Source of the DNA: Thermoplasmata archaeon | Lineage (GTDB): Archaea; Thermoplasmatota; Thermoplasmata; Lutacidiplasmatales; UBA184 | Direction: 5' to 3' | Assembly: GCA_033854115.1 (NCBI GenBank) | Contig: JAWOKS010000027.1 | Coordinates: 17,290-81,289 of the forward strand | Length of the DNA: 64,000 nucleotides | Shown here: one piece after another, positions 56,754 through 64,000 of the stretch | Layout: every line of letters begins with the position of its first letter | How positions within the stretch are numbered: the stretch's first letter is position 1 | Program-made: the position numbers and the translations under genes | The notes under the pieces: generated by a model | Told to the model about the DNA's origin: nothing | The model's database searches: none | Seen by the model: only the letters and a program-made list of their open reading frames with translations

Positions 56754-58507
56754 CCCCAGAACGGGTGGACCGCGCGACGCATGCGGACGACCTCGTCGAG
56801 CGCCTCGCGCTCGCGCGGGGTGAGGGGCTGGTCCTTGAGCGCGCGGGCCGCGGACTCCGGAAGGACCACCCAGAGGACATCCTTCTCCCGGAGGTTGCGC
56901 CCGACCACCGCCCCGTCGATCGACGCGGCGAGCTCGTCGCCTTCCGGGGCCTCGCTCACGGAAGTGTTCTCCCGCTGGAGGCTCTTGAGGACCCCGACCT
57001 CGGTCCCGTCCGAGCGCATGAGGCGGACCCCGGGCCTAAGGGTCCCCCCGACGACCCGGATCCCGACGATCGCCGGCTTCGACATCCGGAAGACGAACCC
57101 CTCGAGGACCTCGAGCTTGGCGGGGTGCACGAGCTCAGCCCGCCGCGCCGCCTCGACCTCGCGGGTGCGGACGGCCTTCCACGCGAGGTACTCCTCGATC
57201 GACCGGTACATCACGTCCGCGCGGAACAGGTGGACCTGGTCGCCCGCCTCGGCCACGGCGTCCTGGAGGATCGGGACCCCGAACGCGAGCACCGCGCGGT
57301 GGACGGGGTCGTGTACGCTCGCGATCTTCATGACGGTCGACCGGCCGACCGGCCCGACCCCCGCCTCGTGGACCGGGATCCCCTTCTCGCGGCATTCGAA
57401 GGCGAGCGCCTCGAGGCCGCCGAGCGTGTCCGCGTAGATCGCGACGCCGCTCTCGGCGAGCTCGGCGACCGGGCGCGAGGCGGCGGCGAGCTCGCTCCGG
57501 ACCGTCTCGGCCTCCTCGGCGCTCCGGACGACCCGGAGGAGGCCCCCCGGCATCGCCTCCTCGATCCCGGGGGCCGCGAGGTAGACGCCCGCGGCCGCCC
57601 GGACCTCGTCGAGGGATTCGAGGCGGGTCGGACCCTTCCCCCGCGTCGACTTCACCGGTTGCGGCCGGTAGATCCCGCGGACCCGGCTCGCGAACGGCTC
57701 GAGCCGACCCGTCACGACGATCTCGTCGCCGACCTTGAGGCGGCCGCGGTAGACGATCACGCTCCCGACCGGGCCGACGCCCTTCTGGTCGCTCCGCTCG
57801 AGGATCGTCGCCTCGCCCCCGTCCCGGACGAGGACGAGCTCCTCCGCGAGGAACCGCTGCGAGAGGCCGACCAAGAGCGCGATCAGCTCCGGCACCCCGA
57901 CGCCGGTCTTCGCGGAGACCGGGACGATCCCGACGTTGTGCGTGAAGTCGCGCACCCGGTCGTAGCGGTCCGCGCTGAAGCCGAGTTGGTCGAGCTCCTC
58001 CGCGACCGCGTAGAGGCGCTGGTCGACCAGCTTCGCGAACTCCGAGCCGCTCCGCGTGAGCTGCTCGGCGAGCGGCACCGGGCCCGAGACCTTCCGCCAG
58101 CCCGAAAGGAGATCGATCTTCGTGAGCGCGATCGCGAACGGCGTCTTCTCGCGCCGGAGGATCTGGATCGACTCGCGCGTCTGTGGCATGACCCCCTCGC
58201 GCGCGTCGACGACGAGGACCGCGAGGTCGGCGAGCGCGCCGCCCCGCCGTCGCATCGTCTCGAACGAGCGGTGGCCCGGCGTGTCGACGAAGAGGAGCCC
58301 GGGGACGACGAGCTGGCCCTGCTTCAGGACGGTCTCGGCGAGGTGACGGACGGTCGGACCCGGCACCTCGATCGCGCCGATGTGCTGGGTGATCCCGCCC
58401 GCCTCGCGCGCCGCCCGGACGCTGCCCGAGATGCGGTCGAGGAGCGTTGTCTTCCCGTGGTCGACGTGCCCGAGGAGCGAGACGATCGGCTCGCGCAGCT
58501 CCGCCAC
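56747..58507 (-). CDS. infB: translation initiation factor aIF5B (IF2 homolog)
   Basis: LREPIVSLLGHVDHGKTTLLDRISGSVRAAREAGGITQHIGAIEVP is the aIF5B G1 region. G3 DTPGH and G4 TKID are present. 586 aa. Confidence 0.9.
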   Translation of the reverse strand: MAELREPIVSLLGHVDHGKTTLLDRISGSVRAAREAGGITQHIGAIEVPGPTVRHLAETVLKQGQLVVPGLLFVDTPGHRSFETMRRRGGALADLAVLVVDAREGVMPQTRESIQILRREKTPFAIALTKIDLLSGWRKVSGPVPLAEQLTRSGSEFAKLVDQRLYAVAEELDQLGFSADRYDRVRDFTHNVGIVPVSAKTGVGVPELIALLVGLSQRFLAEELVLVRDGGEATILERSDQKGVGPVGSVIVYRGRLKVGDEIVVTGRLEPFASRVRGIYRPQPVKSTRGKGPTRLESLDEVRAAAGVYLAAPGIEEAMPGGLLRVVRSAEEAETVRSELAAASRPVAELAESGVAIYADTLGGLEALAFECREKGIPVHEAGVGPVGRSTVMKIASVHDPVHRAVLAFGVPILQDAVAEAGDQVHLFRADVMYRSIEEYLAWKAVRTREVEAARRAELVHPAKLEVLEGFVFRMSKPAIVGIRVVGGTLRPGVRLMRSDGTEVGVLKSLQRENTSVSEAPEGDELAASIDGAVVGRNLREKDVLWVVLPESAARALKDQPLTPREREALDEVVRMRRAVHPFWGQ

Positions 58508-58531
58508 GGTGCGCCGACCGACGGGGGACCC

Positions 58532-59926
58532 TTATCGTTTGGGCGGGCCCGCCGAGCGGCCCCGACGGCGGGCGACGGGGCCGGGAGGTTCCGCTCCGAC
58601 CGCCAGGGTCAGGTCCTCGAGCGACCCCGCGACGAGGGGCACGACGAGCTCGGCCGGTTCGAGGCCGCCGTGCGCGCCCAGCATCGGTCGTCGGGCCCCC
58701 GCGCGCCCGGGCATGGTGTAGGTGATCCCCCCGGGGCTCGGGATGAGGACGACGAGGTCGCCGATCCGCTCCTCGAGCTCGGGGTGGAACGGCGGCGGGC
58801 CGAACAGGCCTTCCCGCAGCGCCCGACCGGCATCGAGGGCTCGGGCGCCGGCGGGCAGGCGCGCAACGACCTCCTCCGCCAAGCGATCGGCCTGACCCGG
58901 CCGGGCCCGAAGGAGCGCGGCCCGGCGGTCCCCGGACGGTGGACGCGCGAGGAGGGCCTCGATCGCGGGTTCGCGGTCGACCGCGAGCTGCCGCTCGGGG
59001 TCGGACGGTACCAGCCCGTGATCGGCCGTGACGAGCACCGTGAGCGCACGGGCCCGCCGCGGACCGAGCTCGCGCGCGACGAACGTGAGGAGCGCGCCGA
59101 GCTGCTCGAGCTCGAGGGCCACGGCGCCGGACCCCGGACCGCGCAGATGCTCGAGCGCGTCCAGCTCGTCCCAGTAGGCAAGCGTGAGCGGGGGCGGGGA
59201 GTCCGCGGCCAGGGTCTCGACGAGCCGTCCGGCGAAGTCGCTCAGGGTCGCGTAGGGGAGGTAGGCCGCCCCGTCGTAGAGGAGGCGGGTGAACCCGTGG
59301 CCGTCGAAGCGATCGCGGGAGATCGCGACCGCAGGGACCCCGCTCGCCCGGAAGACCGTGGGGGCGCCCGAGACCAGCTCGGGGGTCCACGCGGGGCCCA
59401 CCAGCGCCTCCTCGGCGGCCACTCCGAGCGGCGACATGTGGAGGAGCTCGACGACCGCCCCGAAGCGGGGAAGGTAGGCCCGATGCCCGACGAGCCCGTG
59501 CCGGGCGGGGGCGGAGGCGGTGGAGAGGCTCGTGAGCGCGACCGTCGTCGTGCTCGGGAAGACGGTCGTGATGGGTCGGGTGTGCGCGAGCCACGCCCGC
59601 GCGGGGGCCGACCCCCGCTCGGCGAGGTCGGCGAGGCGGTCGAGCCCGAGACCGTCGACCACGAAGAGGAGCACCGGGCCCTCGGCCCGCCTACCCTGGA
59701 ACGGATCGACCTCGTCGGCGAGGGGCGGCAGGGTCCCCTCGGCCGGCTCCCGGCCGAGCGCCCGAACGAGCGAGGCCGCGACGTTGGGCACGGAGCGGCC
59801 CCCGTAGGCGGGGAGCGGGACCCCGAGCGGCCCGCGGGATGCGATCAGGTCCTCGATCTGCCGGTCCCATCGCCCGCGCTGCCGGAAAGGCCGGGACGGG
59901 GACGTTTCGCGAGCTTGGTCCGACAC
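58532..59926 (-). CDS. alkaline-phosphatase superfamily protein (COG1524 / phosphodiesterase-nucleotide pyrophosphatase type)
   Basis: VLLFVVDGLGLDRL (metal-binding Asp) and TTVFPSTTTVALTSLSTASAPARHGLVGH (nucleophile Thr/Ser region). Confidence 0.7.
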   Translation of the reverse strand: MSDQARETSPSRPFRQRGRWDRQIEDLIASRGPLGVPLPAYGGRSVPNVAASLVRALGREPAEGTLPPLADEVDPFQGRRAEGPVLLFVVDGLGLDRLADLAERGSAPARAWLAHTRPITTVFPSTTTVALTSLSTASAPARHGLVGHRAYLPRFGAVVELLHMSPLGVAAEEALVGPAWTPELVSGAPTVFRASGVPAVAISRDRFDGHGFTRLLYDGAAYLPYATLSDFAGRLVETLAADSPPPLTLAYWDELDALEHLRGPGSGAVALELEQLGALLTFVARELGPRRARALTVLVTADHGLVPSDPERQLAVDREPAIEALLARPPSGDRRAALLRARPGQADRLAEEVVARLPAGARALDAGRALREGLFGPPPFHPELEERIGDLVVLIPSPGGITYTMPGRAGARRPMLGAHGGLEPAELVVPLVAGSLEDLTLAVGAEPPGPVARRRGRSAGPPKR

Positions 59927-59944
59927 CGTCGTCCCCCGGCACTC

Positions 59945-61120
59945 CTAGGCCGTCCGGCGCTGCCGGCCGGGACGGAAGTCATCGAGCGAGACCTGGCGCT
60001 GGCTCCGTTCGGTGAGGCGCTCGACCCGGACCGAGACCGTTCGCACGGGCCGGCGCCGGCCTGCCCGCTCGGCGGAGAGGAGGGCGCGCGCGAGCCGCTC
60101 CGCCTCCTCGATGAGCACCGGCGAGCCTTCCCGGGCGGCCGGGAGGGTCCGCCCGCGCTGGGTCCGCTCGAAGTCACGCCAGCGGAGCGCGACCGCGACG
60201 GCGCCGTAGCGCAGGCCTTCCTCCTCGACCGACCGCGCCAGCTCCCCGGCGAGGCGACGGACGGCCTCGAGGACCTCGTCGACCGTCTCGGCGTCCCGGG
60301 CGAACGTGTGGTCGACCGAGCGGCTGCGGGGCTCGGTCGACTCGTCGACGGGTTCGTGGGGCTCGCCGCGGGCCAGATCGATGAGCTCGCGGGCGAAGCC
60401 GCCGAGGTCGCGCAGGAGGCTCGCGGGTCGCGCGGTGGCGAGCTCGCCGATGGTGCGGATCCCGTGATGGTGGAGGACCTCCTCGGTCCTCGGTCCGACC
60501 CCGGGGATCGCCCGGACGGGGAGCGGCGCGAGGAACGCCGCGACCTCGCCCGGCCCGACGAGCAGCACCCCGCCCGGCTTCGCGCGATCGCTCGCCATCT
60601 TCGCGACGACGCGCGACGTCGCGACCCCGATCGACGCGCCGAGCCCGAGGCGCTCCTTGAGCTCCGCCTGGACGCCGAGCGCCATCGTCCGGGCCTCCTC
60701 CGCGCGGTCGAGGCCGCTCAGGAGCGCGCACTCGTCGATGCTGTAGGGGACCAGCACGCGCGCGTGAGGTCGCAGGAGCTCGCGCACCTCGTGCGCGAGC
60801 CGCTCGTACTTCGGAAAGTCGGGAGGGATCCAGACCGCTTCCGGGCAGAGGCGCAGGGCCGTGTGGACCGGCATCGCGCTCCGCACGCCGAACGCCCGGG
60901 CCTCGTAGCTCGCGCTGAGCACGACGCCGCGGCTCGGCGCCTCGGTCGGTGGCGGGCCGACGATCACGGCCCGGCCCGCGAGCTCGGGCCGGTCGCGCAG
61001 CTCGCAGGCGACGTAGTAGGCGTCAAGGTCGACGTAGAGGACCCACTCCGCCGGCCCCGTCCGGGAGGGCGGGGCCCCGAGGAGCTCGCCCGGGAGTTCC
61101 ACCGCCGGAAGACCGCGCAT
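59945..61120 (-). CDS. dinB: DNA polymerase IV (Y-family; Dbh/DinB)
   Basis: WVLYVDLDAYYVACE, SASYEARAFGVRSAMP and the SIDECAL motif region are Y-family hallmarks. Confidence 0.85.
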   Translation of the reverse strand: MRGLPAVELPGELLGAPPSRTGPAEWVLYVDLDAYYVACELRDRPELAGRAVIVGPPPTEAPSRGVVLSASYEARAFGVRSAMPVHTALRLCPEAVWIPPDFPKYERLAHEVRELLRPHARVLVPYSIDECALLSGLDRAEEARTMALGVQAELKERLGLGASIGVATSRVVAKMASDRAKPGGVLLVGPGEVAAFLAPLPVRAIPGVGPRTEEVLHHHGIRTIGELATARPASLLRDLGGFARELIDLARGEPHEPVDESTEPRSRSVDHTFARDAETVDEVLEAVRRLAGELARSVEEEGLRYGAVAVALRWRDFERTQRGRTLPAAREGSPVLIEEAERLARALLSAERAGRRRPVRTVSVRVERLTERSQRQVSLDDFRPGRQRRTA

Positions 61121-61173
61121 CGACCGATCGGTCCGGGGAGGCGCCGCGACCTCAAAATCCCGGGGGTCGGAGG

Positions 61174-61896
61174 CTACCCGCCAAGGTCGACCGCCTTCGC
61201 GTCGACCGAGAGGCCCGTCGGGCCGATCGTGTAGGGCTGGACGGTCCGCACGTGCGGGGTCCGTCGCATCTTGAGGATCCTGAGGGCGAGCCCCACGCGG
61301 TGGCCGTCCGCCGCCGTCCGGTAGCCGAGAACGACCACCCCGTCCGCGACGTACTCCGAGAGGCCGTCGCGGCTCACCTCGGTGTGCCGGGGGTCCGCCT
61401 CGGCCGTGAGCACGGTCGTCGCCCCCGCCGAACGGCAGGCGGCTGCGAGCGCGAACAGCGTGGCGCGGCGTCCGGCCTCGTCGTCGCTCAGCATGTTGAG
61501 CAGCGAGACCGAGTCGACCACGATCCGGCGCGCGCCGAGCCCCTTCAGCTCCTGGGCGAGCTCCCCCTGGATGCGGTGGAGGCTCTGCTTGGTCTCCTTC
61601 GGGTCGAGGCGGACGACCTTGAGGAGCCCACCGCGGACGGCCGCGTCGGCCGGCCAGCCGAACTGGCGCGCGGTGTCGAGGAGCTGGGGGACGTCCTCCT
61701 CGAGCGAGAGGTAGACGCCCTTCTCGTCGCGGCGCGTGCCCTCGATGAGGAACTGGAGCGCGAGGCAGGTCTTCCCCGTGCCGGGCGGCCCGGTGACGAG
61801 GACGACGTGGCCGCCCGGGATCCCCCCGCCGAGCATCTCGTCGAGGCCGGCGATGCCGGTTGGGACCTTCGCGGGGGCGTTCTCAGACGCGCTCAT
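61174..61896 (-). CDS. KaiC-like single RecA-fold ATPase
   Basis: IAGLDEMLGGGIPGGHVVLVTGPPGTGKTCLALQF (Walker A) and VVDSVSLL (Walker B). Confidence 0.75.
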   Translation of the reverse strand: MSASENAPAKVPTGIAGLDEMLGGGIPGGHVVLVTGPPGTGKTCLALQFLIEGTRRDEKGVYLSLEEDVPQLLDTARQFGWPADAAVRGGLLKVVRLDPKETKQSLHRIQGELAQELKGLGARRIVVDSVSLLNMLSDDEAGRRATLFALAAACRSAGATTVLTAEADPRHTEVSRDGLSEYVADGVVVLGYRTAADGHRVGLALRILKMRRTPHVRTVQPYTIGPTGLSVDAKAVDLGG

Positions 61897-62791
61897 ACTG
61901 CGTGGTCACCAGCCCGCTCGCCGCGTTCACGCGGATCACGAACCGGCCCTGGTACTCGGGCGGGAGCCGCGAGAGGACCGGCATGAACTTCGGGATCAGC
62001 ATCGACCGCTGGCGGTGCGAGGAGTTCGCGCTCGTCGTCCAGCGGAACTGAAGGACCCCGTCGACCGAGTCGGTGATCGCCTGCTCGACCGCGGGGGGCA
62101 CGACGCCGGCCGTGAGCAGGAGGTAGACGATCCCGCCCCAGCTCTTTGCGCGGCGTCGGAGCCCCTTCAGCATCGTGAGGACATCGTTCGCGCCGATCCC
62201 CTGGCGGACGAGGAGGTCGGTGAGCGAGTCGACGACGACCAGGTTGTGCGCCCCGCTCGCGTCGAGGGCGTCCGCGAGGCCGCGGAGCGGTCCGTCGGCC
62301 GTGCCCGGCGCCGGCGCGCTGAGGATCGGGCCCCCGAGGGAGGCCCACGCCGAGGGCACGACGCTGTCGCGGAAGTACGAAGGGGAGAGGTCGTGGAAGG
62401 CGAGGTGCCGGGCGAGGACCTCGGGGTACGAGCCGCCGAACGCCCCGCGCATCTCGTCGAGCACCTGCTCCTGGGAGCGGCTCATGCTGACGTAGGCGAC
62501 GCCCTCGGGGTAGGTGAACGGGCCGCGGGCGCTGCCAAGGTAGAACCGGTGGAGGTCGGGGTCGTCGTAGTGGAGCATCAGGTGGACCGCCGAGGTCAGG
62601 GCGAACTCCTGGTGGCCCGCCCCGGCCTCCCCGATCAGGAGGACGACCGAACCGGCGGGCACGCCGCCCGTGAGGTAGTCGAAGTCCGGCACCCCGGTGG
62701 GCACGCGCGGCAGCGCGCCCGCGAGGTCCGCTTGCGGGATCGCGTGGCCCGAGAGCGGCGGAACGAACGGGCGAAGGCCATCGGTCCACAT
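61883..62791 (-). CDS. KaiC-like RecA-fold protein with a degenerate Walker A (GEAGAGHQEF); likely non-catalytic partner
   Basis: GVPDFDYLTGGVPAGSVVLLIGEAGAGHQEFALT aligns to the KaiC N-terminal region but lacks the Lys/Thr of GK[ST]. A Walker-B-like VVVDSLTDL is retained. Overlaps the downstream kaiC-like gene by 14 nt. Confidence 0.6.
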   Translation of the reverse strand: MWTDGLRPFVPPLSGHAIPQADLAGALPRVPTGVPDFDYLTGGVPAGSVVLLIGEAGAGHQEFALTSAVHLMLHYDDPDLHRFYLGSARGPFTYPEGVAYVSMSRSQEQVLDEMRGAFGGSYPEVLARHLAFHDLSPSYFRDSVVPSAWASLGGPILSAPAPGTADGPLRGLADALDASGAHNLVVVDSLTDLLVRQGIGANDVLTMLKGLRRRAKSWGGIVYLLLTAGVVPPAVEQAITDSVDGVLQFRWTTSANSSHRQRSMLIPKFMPVLSRLPPEYQGRFVIRVNAASGLVTTQYERV

Positions 62792-62824
62792 CGGACGGAA
62801 TGCTCGAGCGGACGGACGCCGGAC

Positions 62825-64000
62825 TCAGGTATTAGTAGCCTCGGCTCGAGCGGCGGCGCGGGCCCCTCCGTCCGCCTCCCCCTTCAGGAATTCGCGCAGG
62901 AAGACGGTCGCGTAGGCGCCCTTCGGAAGCGCGAACCGGAACCAGACGCCGTTCGCATCGGCCTCGAGCCCGAGCGGAGGAACGGGCACGAGGAGCGCCC
63001 GCCAGGCGCCCCGGCTCGCGAGCTCGGGGGTCGCGGGCAGGTCGAACGACGCCGGGCGGAGGCCTTCGGCCTCGAGCAGCTCGCGGACGAACCGGGCCGG
63101 CCCGGTCGCGGGCAGCTCGGTCGCCGAGCCGACGAGCGGCCCCGCGACGAACGCCCGTCCCCGCCGGACCAGTTCGTCGCACTCGGGGAGGTTCTCCGGG
63201 CCGACCGGCACCGCGTCGCCCGCCCGGAGCGTGCCGTCGCGGCCGAGGCGGAGGATCCGGTCGCCCTCCGCGGGGCGGTCGAGCGCGAGGCCGGCCTCGT
63301 GGCGCGCGGTGAGGTAGCGGTTGAACAGGTAGGCCTGGAAGGCGTGCACGAAGAGGCGGCGGAGCTCGAACGGGAGCGCCCGGAGCGCGCGCGCCGGCGC
63401 GTCGCCCCGCGCGAGGCGCCCGAGGATCGCCCGCTCGAACCGGTACTCGCTCGGGAACTCGCGGAGCGCCCGCCCGGGGTCCCGGTGCTCCTCGAACGCC
63501 GCCCGCGCCCCGTCCCCGGCCCCCGGCACCCCGGTCGCCGGACGGTCGAAGAGGTAGACCTCCACCGCCCGGGCGAGGTCCCCCCGGACGATCCAGCGGC
63601 CGACCTCGTGGGTCACGGGGCGGACCTCGCCGAACCGCTGGGCCCCGAAGAAGTTCGGGACCCCGCCGGCCTGGCGCAGCTCCGCCTCGACCGCGCGGTA
63701 CCGTCGGACCGCGTCCGCCGGGTCGGGGACCTCCCCGACGTGGATCTCGAACGCGTTCGCGTAGTGCTGGCCGAGCGCGAGCCCGTCCCGGGCAGGGTAG
63801 GCGTCGAGGAGCCGCACGCCCGAGAGGCCGAGCTCGCCGGCGGGCGGCTGCCCCCGGTACGCGAAGAGGCGCTCGGAGACGGCGCGGCGGTCCTTCGTCC
63901 CCGACCACGCCACGGCCCGGGGGGCGAGCCCGAGCCGGCGGGCGATCGCGGCCGCGAGCTCGTGCTGCTCCCAGTCGCGGCTCTCCACGCGAAGGACCGT
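62825..64000 (-). CDS. truD: tRNA pseudouridine synthase TruD/Pus7 family, N-terminus beyond the window end
   Basis: SGTKDRRAVSERLFAY (catalytic Asp motif, cf. GLKDK) and NFFGAQRFG motifs. The ORF runs off the 3' end of the window. Confidence 0.7.
   Translation of the reverse strand, partial: TVLRVESRDWEQHELAAAIARRLGLAPRAVAWSGTKDRRAVSERLFAYRGQPPAGELGLSGVRLLDAYPARDGLALGQHYANAFEIHVGEVPDPADAVRRYRAVEAELRQAGGVPNFFGAQRFGEVRPVTHEVGRWIVRGDLARAVEVYLFDRPATGVPGAGDGARAAFEEHRDPGRALREFPSEYRFERAILGRLARGDAPARALRALPFELRRLFVHAFQAYLFNRYLTARHEAGLALDRPAEGDRILRLGRDGTLRAGDAVPVGPENLPECDELVRRGRAFVAGPLVGSATELPATGPARFVRELLEAEGLRPASFDLPATPELASRGAWRALLVPVPPLGLEADANGVWFRFALPKGAYATVFLREFLKGEADGGARAAARAEATNT

Noticed and set aside
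56765-61234. 1489-aa ORF on the plus strand
   Set aside because: Antisense to four well-supported minus-strand genes (infB, AP-family, dinB, kaiC-like). The translation is Arg/Pro/Gly/Asp low-complexity typical of the GC-rich wrong strand.
1-64000. Possible genetic-code oddity (amber as a sense codon / pyrrolysine)
   Set aside because: TAG terminates many confident genes here (amt, S53 peptidase, BNR protein, nhaP-like gene, ADH, both TA genes) at positions consistent with family C-termini. The in-frame TAGs at 19046 and 8202 are better explained as pseudogenisation or non-coding sequence.
1-64000. CRISPR arrays, rRNA genes, transposases/integrases
   Set aside because: No spaced direct-repeat arrays, no rRNA-like conserved blocks, and no ORF with integrase (R..H..R..Y) or DDE transposase motifs were seen on either strand. 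The only tRNA found is tRNA-Gln.

Overview
High-GC (roughly 70%) chromosomal window that is almost certainly archaeal. Evidence: an archaeal-type tRNA-Gln without an encoded CCA, a TFB gene with a BRE/TATA promoter, aIF5B, TruD, KaiC-like ATPases, Dbh/DinB, and dense sequon-rich surface proteins. Genes are tightly packed, with many GTG/TTG starts overlapping upstream stops in a GTGA arrangement. Most of the window is housekeeping or transport: pyk, amt, mscL, an NhaP antiporter, two MFS transporters, an ABC pair, ferrochelatase with a radical-SAM gene, tfb, infB/aIF5B, dinB. Interspersed with these are several accessory-looking segments. (1) A low-GC insertion directly 3' of tRNA-Gln carrying a RelE/ParE toxin-antitoxin pair and an HExxH peptidase. 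(2) Two convergent paralogous adenylate/guanylate-cyclase-TPR genes, with a decayed third copy nearby. (3) A seven-gene, translationally coupled cluster encoding a four-subunit ATP-dependent radical dehydratase/reductase of the 2-hydroxyacyl-CoA dehydratase / class I benzoyl-CoA reductase family (two HgdA/B-like subunits plus two distinct activase ATPases), flanked by three crotonase-family enzymes and a Zn-alcohol dehydrogenase. This resembles an anaerobic benzoyl-CoA-type dearomatisation/ring-cleavage module and is the most striking system in the window. (4) Several large secreted proteins: YVTN beta-propeller repeats, a shared 'GLPxGTxW' Ig-like repeat domain, an S53 peptidase and a BNR protein. 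(5) A pair of KaiC-like ATPases, one with a degenerate P-loop, next to dinB. All calls were made by eye from the six-frame translations; no searches were run.
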